From assembly GCA_963668645.2 (NCBI GenBank), contig CAXXWC010000018.1, forward strand, positions 544,001-608,000: a stretch of DNA of 64,000 bases, given 5' to 3'. The notes under the pieces are model-generated. The model was given only the letters and a program-made list of their open reading frames with translations. It did no database searches and was not told where the DNA came from. The DNA comes from Desulfobacterales bacterium. GTDB taxonomy: Bacteria > Desulfobacterota > Desulfobacteria > Desulfobacterales > UBA2174. Each line of letters begins with the position of its first letter. Position 1 is the first letter of the stretch. The position numbers were made by a program, and so were the translations under genes. Below are positions 9,693 to 19,604 of the stretch, piece after piece.

Positions 9693-9796
9693 GACGCCTT
9701 TTCCATATCATGGGATCACGCTTCACCGTCAAACCCTTGATTTTCAACCCTTCCCCGCCCTCACCGCGGGGTTTGTTGGTTAGGCTGAGATAATTT

Positions 9797-10831
9797 ATGT
9801 CACTTTCAGATATTCATAATCCAAAGGCGGCGGCAGAATTTTTAGCACAATTTCGTAAGCGTTTTAACACCAAAAATTGCATGGCGCCTTATGAAAATCA
9901 TGAGGGGTCAATAATTTCTGCCCATACTCTTTCGGTCGAGGCGATGCTACGCAAAATAGCCATAGATTCACATGTCTATAGTATAGTTCCATCGAAGCGT
10001 ATTGCCCGTGATACTTTTCCCTTCGAGGTTAAACTACGTGGCTTGAGAGACGTATCTGTTTTTAATGGTTTTTGTAAGAAGCATGATGTTGAGCTTTTTG
10101 CTTGTTTAGAAACAGAACCTTTCTATTTTAAGCGAAAGCAACTTTTTATGCTTGCTTATAGGAATGTAGCACGAGAGTGTTATTTAAAGCGTAAACAGGC
10201 TGAGTCGCTGCCAGCGCCTGAGGATTTTGCTGCTATTCATGGGATTGATGGGGATCTTGAATTAAGCTATGCTGCAACTATGTTCCAGACTGCGTCGCTA
10301 CGGGGCGCTGAAGACGTAGAAACGCTTAAATCTACATTGGATAGTTATCTTATCTCTGAATCATGGGACCGTCTCGTTACACGAGCAATTATCTTTCCTA
10401 AAACCCCATCAGTTCTTGCTACTTGGGCATTTCAACCGTTTTTTGATATGGACGGCCAAAAGTTACAGGATTTTGAAAATCTTGAAGCTGATATGAGTCA
10501 AATATGTGTTTCGTTGATTCCAATAGAAAATGGTGGCGCATTAATTTTTTCATGGCTGGACACTTCAAATCCCGCTCCTGATAAATTCTTTCAATCTGTA
10601 GTTAAGTCATCGGACTTGACTACAGCCACAATTCATACAGTATTTGATAACACAGAGAACTTCGCAATTAATCCTCAATGGTATGATAATCTTTCACAAG
10701 AAAAGAGAGATTATATTTTTTCTCGGATAATAGATGTCGAACAAAATGTTACTTATTTTAAAAACCAAAGACCTGAAAAAACAGCTCCAGTCCTTGATGA
10801 TTGGGGGAAAGGAAATGTTGCTGACTTTTAA
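9797..10831 (+). CDS. Hypothetical protein with HNH/Zn-binding-like N-terminus (cassette 2)
   Basis: CMAP...SAHTLS...FNGFCKKHD...FACLE motif pattern. Confidence 0.65.
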   Translation: MSLSDIHNPKAAAEFLAQFRKRFNTKNCMAPYENHEGSIISAHTLSVEAMLRKIAIDSHVYSIVPSKRIARDTFPFEVKLRGLRDVSVFNGFCKKHDVELFACLETEPFYFKRKQLFMLAYRNVARECYLKRKQAESLPAPEDFAAIHGIDGDLELSYAATMFQTASLRGAEDVETLKSTLDSYLISESWDRLVTRAIIFPKTPSVLATWAFQPFFDMDGQKLQDFENLEADMSQICVSLIPIENGGALIFSWLDTSNPAPDKFFQSVVKSSDLTTATIHTVFDNTENFAINPQWYDNLSQEKRDYIFSRIIDVEQNVTYFKNQRPEKTAPVLDDWGKGNVADF

Positions 10832-10938
10832 AAAACCTAACAACCGCTTGCACGAATGGAATCACGAAGTCCACCAGTTTCAAAACGAGTAGCCAAGGCC
10901 GTCGCGGAAATACTTGAATTGCTGTGCGAGAAGAATCA

Positions 10939-10996
10939 GCCCAACAATTTTTTGGAGCGGACAGAAAAAGCCCTGCCGCGCAAAATGACGTTGGGC
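10939..10996 (+). other. Intact attC site 2 (58 bp)
   Basis: GCCCAAC...GTTGGGC with internal dyad; a broken attC start ACCTAACAACCGCTTGCAC lies at 10835. Confidence 0.85.
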
Positions 10997-11016
10997 ATTC
11001 ATTAAGGAGGATAATT

Positions 11017-11526
11017 ATGGAACTTGTTTTTCAATCATCGCCAAAAATAATCGTCGCAACCAATACTTTTATCAATGTACCGACTATTTTGAAATATGAA
11101 GATACTTCGCTAATACAGGTTATTCAGGAACAAGGTATTGGCTTCACGGCACAAATACCAATTTATCACTCAGACGGTACGTATCTGGCGAAAGTAAAAG
11201 GAAATCGAGTTTTTCCCACAGAAGCGGGTAAAAAAGCAAAGATCGAAATTAGAGACACACCGGGTAAGTTCATTTGTAGTCTTGAAAATAAAGTGATGTT
11301 CGAGCTATCACATGGTGTTGGCGAGGAATTCAAGGCGGATGCCGAATTATATGCGCCGGATGGCTACTTCATTAAGTGCTCAGATTCCCCTAAGCCTGAA
11401 TTATTTGATGTAAAAGGTAACGCGATCAAAGCTGGCGGGATTACTATGATTGGAAATGTATTTCAGAACCTATCTATAGGCATTTGGCTACGAAAAGATG
11501 GTTCCTGTACAATAGGAGTGTCATAG
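11017..11526 (+). CDS. Hypothetical protein, 169 aa (cassette 3)
   Basis: AAGGAGG RBS before ATG 11017; bounded by attC sites. Confidence 0.8.
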   Translation: MELVFQSSPKIIVATNTFINVPTILKYEDTSLIQVIQEQGIGFTAQIPIYHSDGTYLAKVKGNRVFPTEAGKKAKIEIRDTPGKFICSLENKVMFELSHGVGEEFKADAELYAPDGYFIKCSDSPKPELFDVKGNAIKAGGITMIGNVFQNLSIGIWLRKDGSCTIGVS

Positions 11527-11565
11527 TCTGTTTCTTTTAGAAAAAGGGAAAGGTCGTAACGCATT

Positions 11566-11632
11566 GCCCAACAAATCACTGCACTGGATTTTTACTGCGT
11601 TGCGCTCCATAAAAAACCAGTGAGTTCAAACG
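11566..11632 (+). other. attC site 3, split at G|TT by the mini-RIT (TTAAAT resumes at 12300)
   Basis: GCCCAAC AAATCACTGCACTGGATTTTT...AAAAAACCAGTGAGTTCAAAC G hairpin. Confidence 0.88.
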
Positions 11633-12299
11633 AACCGCGCGGTAAGATGCAAAGTTATGCGCAATTGGGAGGGGCGGTGTTCGGGTGAAGCGACATATTT
11701 TTAGCAGTTAAAAAAGGAGAATGACGGTCCTTTGATGAGATTCTCCCTGCTCGAGAGGATAGGTTTTCAAAAATACAATAAAATGTCAACAGTTCTCCAT
11801 ACAGAAACGGATTTCTGTTAAAAAGTTGAAAAGAATAATGACGAGGCATTTTTCATTCTCTTTGGGGTTGGTTCCTGTTTTGAAAACGCAGATTCAGCAC
11901 TCCGGTTTTGATCTCATGATAGGGTAGCTTGGCGGCGATATTTGGGGCGACGTGCCCATGCAGGCTCAGGAAGTGGTAAAATTACCGCAGGGTCCAGACA
12001 CGGGATTTTTTCACATGGACGGAAGGCCGTTTGAATTCACTAACAAAATCGGACAGATCCAAATAGGTGATGTCCGTAATGATTTCAACCCTGCGAATTT
12101 TCAGGAAACCACGAAATTCGTGCAATCGAATGGCCAGTGCCTGCTGGGAGCGCTGGGAGAAATTTGCAAGCCGGCAGTAGTCCAGGAACGAGGTGATGTG
12201 ACTTTGAAGCATGACGCCCTTTCCATATCATGGGATCAAGCTTCACCGTCAAACCCTTGATTTTCAACCCTTCCCCGTCCTCACTGCGGGGTTTGTTGG
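11633..12299 (-). mobile_element. Internally deleted, non-autonomous copy of the RIT-like element (667 bp)
   Basis: 11633-~11912 matches 6722-~7000 and ~11917-12299 matches ~9397-9779, with scattered substitutions and the same termini. Confidence 0.92.
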
Positions 12300-14844
12300 T
12301 TAAATGATAAATACGCGATTGTATTGTGCGTATTGCCGTGAAGACATTTCGAATGGTTCAAGCCTGCTAAAAGTATGGGAGATTTAGGTTGATAGATAAG
12401 GATATACCAACGCTTGAGCTGGACACTTTTGTAAGATCTGTAGGCGTAAACAGAGGCTCGCCCCACGCTCTCTTTTTAGGTGCCGGCGCTTCAATGTCCT
12501 CAGGTGTGCCATCTGCAAAATCATGCATTTGGCAATGGAAAATGTCTATCTTTTGTACGAACAACCCCGGCTTCGAAGAGCAGGTATCGGAAATATCACT
12601 TAAGGCAGTGCAAAACCGCATCGACCGGTGGCTTCAAGTAAATGGATATTATCCTGATAAAGGTGAAGATGAGTATTCCTACTTCATCGAGAAATGCCTT
12701 CCAATTGCTGATGACCGAAGACGTTTTTTTGAACCCTGGATTCGAAAGGCACGCCCACACGTAGGGTATCGACTGTTATGCCTTTTGGCCGAAGTGGGAC
12801 TATTCCGAAGTATTTGGACTACTAACTTTGATTGTTTGGTAGCTCGAGCCGCTTCAGAGTTTGACCTAACTCCGGTTGAGGTAGGGATCGATTCCAAAGA
12901 GAGAATATTCCGCCAGCCAGAGCGGAACGAATTGATGTGCGTCTCCTTGCATGGTGACTATCGCTACGATCCTTTGAAAAACACGAGCAAAGAGCTCCAA
13001 GCACAGGAAATTGAACTCAAAAATGCCCTAGTTTCGACGCTCAAGACACATTCTCTTGTTATAATAGGCTATAGCGGAAGAGACCCTTCAGTTATGGATG
13101 CAATACGAACAGCCGTTTTCCAGGAAAATGCGATGGGGAAAATATTCTGGTGCGGCTTTTCAGATGAACCTTCCAGAGATGTGGCAAGTTTGCTGATAGA
13201 TGCAAAGGAGAAGAAAAGACAAGTCTATTATGTCCCAGGCACAGCTTTCGATGACGTTCTGACACGGATAGCCCATCATTGCTTGGAAGGGAGCCACCTT
13301 AGTAGTGCGAAACAGATTCTTGGTGACTATGCTGAAAAAGAAAAATTACAGTTAAATGCGTTTTCCTTTCCACAAGGTGATCCAACCACACTTATTAAAA
13401 GCAATGCTTGGCCGATTGTATGTCCAACAGAAATGTTTGAGTTTCAGCTTCGTGAATGGCCAAATAAGCAAGTTTGGAAATGGATGTCTCAAAAGACAGC
13501 AGGACATCAGGTCGTTGCAGTACCTTTCAAGAAAGTCCTGGCACTTGGAACACTTGATGGTATTCGTGAAATATTTAGCGATCTAATTGATGGTGAAATC
13601 CAACGAGTGCCAATTTCCGATCAAGATATTCGTTACGAGGACGGGGCTGTTGTTAGCCTTTTGCGCCAGGCTTTGGTTCGAGCCATTGCCAGCAAGCGGG
13701 ACCTTTGTTCTGATGGAAGTCGGGTACTGTGGAAAAATGGAAAATACACGACAGAACGAGAGGGTGGCAACCCGTACGATGTCCACCATGCCGCACATCT
13801 TGCATTGCGTCGTATCGGCGGGCAGATGTACGTTACGATTGACCCGACCGTTCACTTTCCCGCTGAGAATTCGGATAACGAGAATGCGATTCGAAACATC
13901 CGAATGAGGATTCTAGGGTACCAGCACAACGATAAATTCAATAAGGCTCTGAACAATTGGAGGGGGCTGATTCTGACGCCAAATGAGCCAACTGAATTCG
14001 ATTTTCCAGTAAAAAGTGCCTCATTTCGATTCGTTATAAAGAGTGCCCCCGCTTTTGCATCCATTAGGCAACCGCGAAGAGGCTCAATAAAACTTCCAGA
14101 CGATTTTGGGCGACTTATTCACCACCACGGCTTTGAAATTCCAGAACAGAGCCTTCGGTTTAACGGTAGGGCAAGACATACCGCTACAGATACGCTTCCT
14201 TTGCGCGGACTTGCAACTCACGGACCCTTTGACCAAAGCTTTGTCCCACAGGCAGACGATGACCGAATCAGAGTAGCAGTTATATGCCCACGAGCAGAAG
14301 CCCCGTTTCTTGAAAAATTCCTATCAGAAGGATTACAGATACATAATCCACAACGCGGTGCTAAAGAAGAATACTTGGTTCCATACACAGGGTTTGAAAA
14401 AATTTTTCGCGTACCGGTAAAATTCCCAAGTCGTGGAGATCCTCTTTGGTACACAATTCCAGAGATTGATTCACAGCTTGATCAACGCTCTGGCGCTCTG
14501 GAGATGTCTCGCAAAATTCGAGAAGGTGTTTCATCGCTATCAGCAGCGGGTAGGTCAGTCGTTCTCTATGGAACCACAAAACGGTTGGATTCTGTAAAAT
14601 CAGTATGTTATCCGATTATTTTTGCCATACTTGATCATATTTTGCGATTCTCAAGGAGCCTGTGCTTTCGTTTTCCGGGGTGTCGGCTTTGCGTCTAACT
14701 CATAGAAAACACATGTAATGATTGTCATTTACGATAGATGGCTATCCTCTTTTTCGTTCTTGTCAAATCGTCCATTTCTTGATAATGTATTGCATATATG
14801 CCCGGTTGCGGCGATAACCTGCAATACTTTATCGGGAGGGCGAT

Positions 14845-15504
14845 ATGGATGGTTCGACCGAGGTTTCCCAGCGTCTCGCGGTCCTGTTCAAGCAGCATCC
14901 ATGCTGGATGATCGGGCCGCTGAGCCAACAGATGGACTACTCGATTCCATCAACCCGGCGATTTCTGGCCCAGAACGGCTACTACAGCAGTTTTACGCAC
15001 AACGGACGATGGTATACCCTGCGTTCGATTCCTCGCTTTTCGCGCGAAGGACTGTGGTTTTACCACGACATCGGCTTTTCCCGGGCCGGCAGTCTGACCC
15101 GTACGCTGGTGGCCCTGATCGATGCCAGTCTGGCAGGGATGAGCGCCGAAGCGCTCGGCCAAAAGTTGCGCTGCCGTTGTCATTCGGTTCTGGTCGGGTT
15201 GTACCGCCGCGGTCTTGTCCAGCGCCAGCGCCAGGGACGCGCGAACGTTTACCTGGCCAGCAATGCCAGGACCGCCGAGGCGCAACGTCGTGTCCTGGAA
15301 GCGCCCGTGGCGGCGGTGCTGCCAGCCGAGATTGCAGTGATGGTGCTGGCCGAATTCATCCGCAAGCCGTCAGCCGAGCCGGCCGAGTTGGCCCGCCGGG
15401 TGTCGGCCCGGGCCGCCGTGCGCATCAAGGCCGACCAGATCCGGGCGCTGTTTGCGCAGCACGGTTTAAAAAAAATGCTGCCGTTGCGGCCATCGGCCTC
15501 CTGA
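14845..15504 (+). CDS. IS accessory ORF (OrfA-like, putative DNA-binding)
   Basis: GGGAGGG RBS; ends in the slippery run TTTAAAAAAAA overlapping the transposase frame. Confidence 0.7.
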   Translation: MDGSTEVSQRLAVLFKQHPCWMIGPLSQQMDYSIPSTRRFLAQNGYYSSFTHNGRWYTLRSIPRFSREGLWFYHDIGFSRAGSLTRTLVALIDASLAGMSAEALGQKLRCRCHSVLVGLYRRGLVQRQRQGRANVYLASNARTAEAQRRVLEAPVAAVLPAEIAVMVLAEFIRKPSAEPAELARRVSARAAVRIKADQIRALFAQHGLKKMLPLRPSAS

Positions 15505-17309
15505 GCCGCCTCAACGAACAACTGCACCAGGAGGTGCGCCCGTCGGCGTTGTTCGCGCAGCCGCCGGTGGTCGATTTTCGCTACCCGCACCGGCAGTGCT
15601 CCTGCGGCGGTGCCTTGAAAGTCCAAAAGACACAAACCAAGCGCGTGGTCAGTCTTTCGGTCACCTATATCGCCCGCCGGACCGTGCAACGCTGTACCCG
15701 TTGTGGCCGTGTCTGGGAAGATCCGGCCCTGCGTCAGCGGGTGGCGCATCGTTGCAATACCGCTTGGGACGTGCTGGTCTTTGTCGGCCGTCGCCTGTTC
15801 GAGGACTGCCACAGTGTCGGGCAGGTTCGCAACGAGCTGCTGGCCCGCGATGTGGTGCTGTCCGATTCTCAAATCACCAAACTCGGCCGCAAGTTTATCC
15901 TCTTGCTGGCTCTGGCCCATCGGCGCGCCACCCCGCGCATCAAGCAGGCCATGGCCAGAAGCGGCGGCTATATCCTGCATCTGGATGCCGTGCATCAAGA
16001 AGATGCGCCCGCTCTGATGTCAGGCATCGACGCTCTGAGCCGCCTGGTGTTGGCCAATGTCAAGGTGCCCAGTGAACACGCCGCTCAGATCATCCCGTTT
16101 TTGGAAAAGATCAAAGACGACTATGGCGATCCGATCGCCTGTGTGCATGACATGGGCACAGGCATCTGCAAGGCGGTCGGGGCCGTGTTCCCCACAAGCA
16201 AAGACTTTGTCTGCCACTTTCATTTCTTGCGCGATGCGGGCAAAGACCTGATCGAGCCGGCCTACCGCGAGCTTCGTGGCTGCCTGCGTCGCCATGCGTT
16301 CAGCACCCGGTTCCGTGCGTTGGCCCGCCACGCCCGTCGGTTACTGGCCGAGCCGAACGCCCTGGCGATGTATCTGGCGGGCACCCAAACGGCTGCCGAT
16401 TTGAGTCTCACGACCCCTGCGGCGGTCTATGCACTATCGCTGTGGAGCTTGCAGGCCAAACACTGCGGCGATGGCTACGGCTTTCCTTTCGATCGCCCCT
16501 TGCTGGTACTGGCCGAACGGCTTATGATCCTGCTCGATTGCCTGCCGCGCCTGCTACAGACACTTCCCGGCGACAACGTGGCCGGCAGCCGCTTGTTTGT
16601 CCACCTGGCACGAAAGGTGATGGATGTCGTCGCCGATCCGGTCTTCGAAAAAAGCCTCGACTCGTTACGCTGGCGTTGCCGGCTCTTTGATCAGCTTCGC
16701 CAAGCCATGCGCATCGCACCTTCCGGAGGCCGAGACGGCCTCAACGATGATGGTGCCGCACCCGCGATGGAAAGTATCCGCCAGAGCGTTGGCCAATTCC
16801 GTCACCGTCTCGATGCCGAAGCAAAGCTGGCAGCCGATCCGCTGTGCCGCAAACTGGCCGAACAGATCGACAAGTATCACGACAAACTGTTTGCCGACCC
16901 GATTGACGTGCAGACCCCTTCGGGGCCGCAGGTGGTTTATCCCCAGCGGACCAACAACATCCTGGAACAGTTCTTTCGCAGCTTGCGCCGGGATCATCGC
17001 CGCCGTACCGGCGATAATCGCATGCACCGCGCGTTGCAAACCATGCTGGCCGATACCCCGTTGGTGAAAAATCTGTCCAACCCCGACTACATGAAAATCC
17101 TGCTCGACGGCCGGCCCAATATCGAAGCCCTGTTTGCTGATTTGGATCGAACCTCGGCTTCCGAGGAGCTGATACCGGCCGCGGATGCCGATCGCATTCT
17201 GCCTGGTTTTAAAGCACTGACAAAAATACCGGATCTTCCCGTTCGAATCTCACAGCGCGCTTCTGCGGCTTTATCCGGGGCAAAATCCAACCAAATTGTG
17301 TGGCCATAG
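15465..17309 (+). CDS. DDE transposase (start uncertain, possibly fused to OrfA by -1 frameshift)
   Basis: Zn-ribbon CSCG/CTRCG, ILHLD, VHDM, CHFHFLRD, RTNNILEQFFR; stop codon lies in the right IR. Confidence 0.8.
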   Translation, partial: FKKNAAVAAIGLLSRLNEQLHQEVRPSALFAQPPVVDFRYPHRQCSCGGALKVQKTQTKRVVSLSVTYIARRTVQRCTRCGRVWEDPALRQRVAHRCNTAWDVLVFVGRRLFEDCHSVGQVRNELLARDVVLSDSQITKLGRKFILLLALAHRRATPRIKQAMARSGGYILHLDAVHQEDAPALMSGIDALSRLVLANVKVPSEHAAQIIPFLEKIKDDYGDPIACVHDMGTGICKAVGAVFPTSKDFVCHFHFLRDAGKDLIEPAYRELRGCLRRHAFSTRFRALARHARRLLAEPNALAMYLAGTQTAADLSLTTPAAVYALSLWSLQAKHCGDGYGFPFDRPLLVLAERLMILLDCLPRLLQTLPGDNVAGSRLFVHLARKVMDVVADPVFEKSLDSLRWRCRLFDQLRQAMRIAPSGGRDGLNDDGAAPAMESIRQSVGQFRHRLDAEAKLAADPLCRKLAEQIDKYHDKLFADPIDVQTPSGPQVVYPQRTNNILEQFFRSLRRDHRRRTGDNRMHRALQTMLADTPLVKNLSNPDYMKILLDGRPNIEALFADLDRTSASEELIPAADADRILPGFKALTKIPDLPVRISQRASAALSGAKSNQIVWP

Positions 17310-18311
17310 GTCGTTCTCATATTTACGCCGGATCGATGGCGTCTTTGGCGTGGATTCAATAATTATGAGGAAAAATTTGATGTTCACGACTTTGTGAAAG
17401 CTTATTGCGTACAGAGGGGTATCTCAACCCAGTTTCTCGACCAAGACACCCTTGGTTACCATGATAAGTGTAGGGTGTGGTGGTGGTTATCTGTTGCCCT
17501 TTATTCCAAGGCTATGAGAACCCCATGGGTTCTCGACTCACTCGATCCTAATACCGCATTTGTTGGATTGGGTTACTCTATCGACCAGCGAGCAGACAAA
17601 GGTAGTCACATCGTTCTTGGATGCAGCCATGTTTACAATGCGCAGGGCCAAGGATTACAGTTTCGCCTAAGCCGTATTGAAAATCCGGCTATATTCGGCG
17701 GTAACCCATTCATGTCATTTCAAGATGCTCGAAGGTTGGGCGAGAGTATTCGTACACTCTTTTGGGAGTCTCATTTAAAGTTACCTTCGCGTGTTGTGAT
17801 TCACAAACAAACGCCGTTTCGAAGTGACGAACAGCGGGGGTTGCATGCGGGTCTTGAAGGTGTACAGGATTTGGAATTGATAGAAATTAACTTCGAGTCA
17901 TCCCTTCGCTACATAAATTCGCAACCACAGAATGGTAAATTCATAGAGGCCCGTTACCCCGTACGCCGCGGAACTGCGGTGAAGCTGACGGATCATGAAG
18001 CATTGCTTTGGGTGCATGGTTCGACTGAAGCAGCACAAACAAATTGGACCTATTATCAGGGCAAACGCCGCATCCCTGGCCCTGTTGTTCTCAGGCGATA
18101 TGCAGGCACATCGGATCTTGCTACTTTGGTCAGCGAAATTCTCGGACTTTCAAAAATGGATTGGAACTCTGGCGATCTCTATGCGAAGCTTCCAGCAACT
18201 ATTCAATCTTCGAAGCGTATAGCACGTATCGGATCGCTCTTGGATCGATTCAATAATTCATCCTATGACTATCGGCTATTTATGTAAGACAATGTCTAAA
18301 CGAGAAGAATC

Positions 18312-18370
18312 ATTTAACCACCGCGTGCATGGGACGGCGAAGACCATGCCGCCCATGACGCAGGTTATGC
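18312..18370 (+). other. Intact attC site 4 (59 bp)
   Basis: ATTTAAC...GTTATGC with CATGGGACGGC/GCCGCCCATG dyad; ATTTAAC complements GTTAAAT at 12299. Confidence 0.88.
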
Positions 18371-18396
18371 CTCAAAATTAAAACTCAAAAAGGAGA

Positions 18397-18864
18397 ATGG
18401 TCATGAGCTACATTGAAAAGAATCTTATGAATGGAGAGAGCATTGTTTACCGTACGAACTTGCACTGGGTCGTTTTTCTTTGGCCAATAATTTGGCTTGT
18501 GGTTGCAATAATGTTTTTCACTGGTGGTGGCGATGCTGCCGCAGCTGGCGCCCTGTTTATATTGATTGCAATACTCACAGGAATTGCTTCATTTATTAAT
18601 TTCAAAACATCCGAATTCGGAATAAGCAACAAACGACTTATTGTAAAAGTTGGCTTTATCCGTAGGAATTCAATTGAGGTATTGCTTAACAAAGTAGAAG
18701 GTATTCAAGTCAATCAAGGTATTTTGGGTAGAATTCTGGGTTTTGGCTCCATCATAGTAAGTGGTACAGGAGGCACCAAAGACCCTTTTCATAAGATTGA
18801 TACACCTCTTGAGTTTAGAAGAAAAGCACAAGAGCAAATTGCTATAGTCCAAGATGCTAAATGA
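18397..18864 (+). CDS. Bacterial PH-domain (bPH_2/YdbS-like) membrane protein (cassette 5)
   Basis: SEFGISNKRLIVKVG...KVEGIQVNQGILGRILGFGSI; two TM helices. Confidence 0.85.
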   Translation: MVMSYIEKNLMNGESIVYRTNLHWVVFLWPIIWLVVAIMFFTGGGDAAAAGALFILIAILTGIASFINFKTSEFGISNKRLIVKVGFIRRNSIEVLLNKVEGIQVNQGILGRILGFGSIIVSGTGGTKDPFHKIDTPLEFRRKAQEQIAIVQDAK

Positions 18865-18872
18865 AAACAATG

Positions 18873-18953
18873 GCATAACAACCGCATCAACTCGGACGTG
18901 CGAAAGCGCCGCTTCGCTCTGCTTTTTCACGCCAGTTATGCTCCCCGTTATCT
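18873..18953 (+). other. Intact attC site 5 (81 bp)
   Basis: GCATAAC AACCGCATCAACTCGGAC...GCCAGTTATGCTCCCC GTTATCT. Confidence 0.9.
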
Positions 18954-18976
18954 TAAAATACCATGAGGTATTGAAT

Positions 18977-19597
18977 ATGGAATCACAAGTTTTTATTGCA
19001 TTCGTCGTAGCAACGTCAATAATGATAGCATTGCCTGGCCCTAGTGTTATCTTGACAGTTGCCCATAGCATTTCATTTGGCTGGAGACCTGCAATAGCAA
19101 CTGTTGCTGGTGAGACAATGGGAATTGCTGTTCAGTTACTTGTTGCAGCTATTGGGCTTGCGTCTTTACTCAACGCTGTTGCAGGAGCATTTGAGTTGAT
19201 ACGTTGGGCAGGAGCCGCCTATCTTGTATATCTTGGCATAAAACAATGGAGAAGCGCAAACGAACCCTTAGATTTTAACGCGTCTAAAGTGTCAAAAAAG
19301 AATCTCTTTATTCAGGGACTTGTTATTACAATCCCTAATCCGAAAAGCCTCGTATTTATTGCAGCTTTTCTACCTCAATTTATAGATGACACTCATCCTA
19401 TAGCACCACAATTTATTGTAATCGTGCCAACATTTTTATTGATAACTTTTACTGTAACATCAGTTTGGGCAGTGACTGCTAGTTCTGCAAAAGTTTTTTT
19501 AAAAAACCAACGATCAATTAAAACAGTATCTCGAACATCAGGAGGATTAATGGTTTTAGCAGGTATGGGATTAGCGGTAGCTCGTCGCAGCAATTGA
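18977..19597 (+). CDS. LysE/RhtB family exporter (cassette 6)
   Basis: LPGPS, RWAGAAYLVYLG and PNPKS motifs. Confidence 0.92.
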   Translation: MESQVFIAFVVATSIMIALPGPSVILTVAHSISFGWRPAIATVAGETMGIAVQLLVAAIGLASLLNAVAGAFELIRWAGAAYLVYLGIKQWRSANEPLDFNASKVSKKNLFIQGLVITIPNPKSLVFIAAFLPQFIDDTHPIAPQFIVIVPTFLLITFTVTSVWAVTASSAKVFLKNQRSIKTVSRTSGGLMVLAGMGLAVARRSN

Positions 19598-19604
19598 AAT
19601 AAAA

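Larger units (their letters stand above)
6722..9779 (-). mobile_element. RIT-like element (three tandem tyrosine recombinases), 3058 bp, inserted in attC
   Basis: Three overlapping Xer-like genes; end repeats AACCGCGCGGTAAG and CTCACCGCGGGGTT(TGTTGG); ends defined by the second copy at 11633-12299. Confidence 0.9.
14566..17309 (+). mobile_element. Insertion sequence, 2744 bp, two ORFs, IS256/Mutator-like DDE
   Basis: Imperfect IRs CTATGGAACCACAA / TTGTGTGGCCATAG; 8-bp TSD GTCGTTCT at 14558-14565 and 17310-17317; GC-rich island inside an AT-richer gene. Confidence 0.92.
12389..18287 (+). pseudogene. Fused SIR2-APAZ-short prokaryotic Argonaute (SPARSA-type), about 1048 aa once rejoined; interrupted by an IS (cassette 4)
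   Basis: SIR2 motifs LGAGAS, TTNFD, LHGD, GYSGRD; MID/PIWI HDFVKAY..STQFL, LYSKAMRTPW, LSKMDWNS; removing the IS and one TSD restores the frame (...SVVLIFTPDRW...DVHDFVKAYC). Confidence 0.9.

Noticed and set aside
14566..15464. C-terminus of the 769-aa ORF and N-terminus of the 863-aa ORF as real protein
   Set aside because: The first is read-through into the IS; the second overlaps OrfA in another frame.
17394..18287. Separate short PIWI gene (two-gene system)
   Set aside because: In frame with the SIR2 half once the IS and one TSD are removed.
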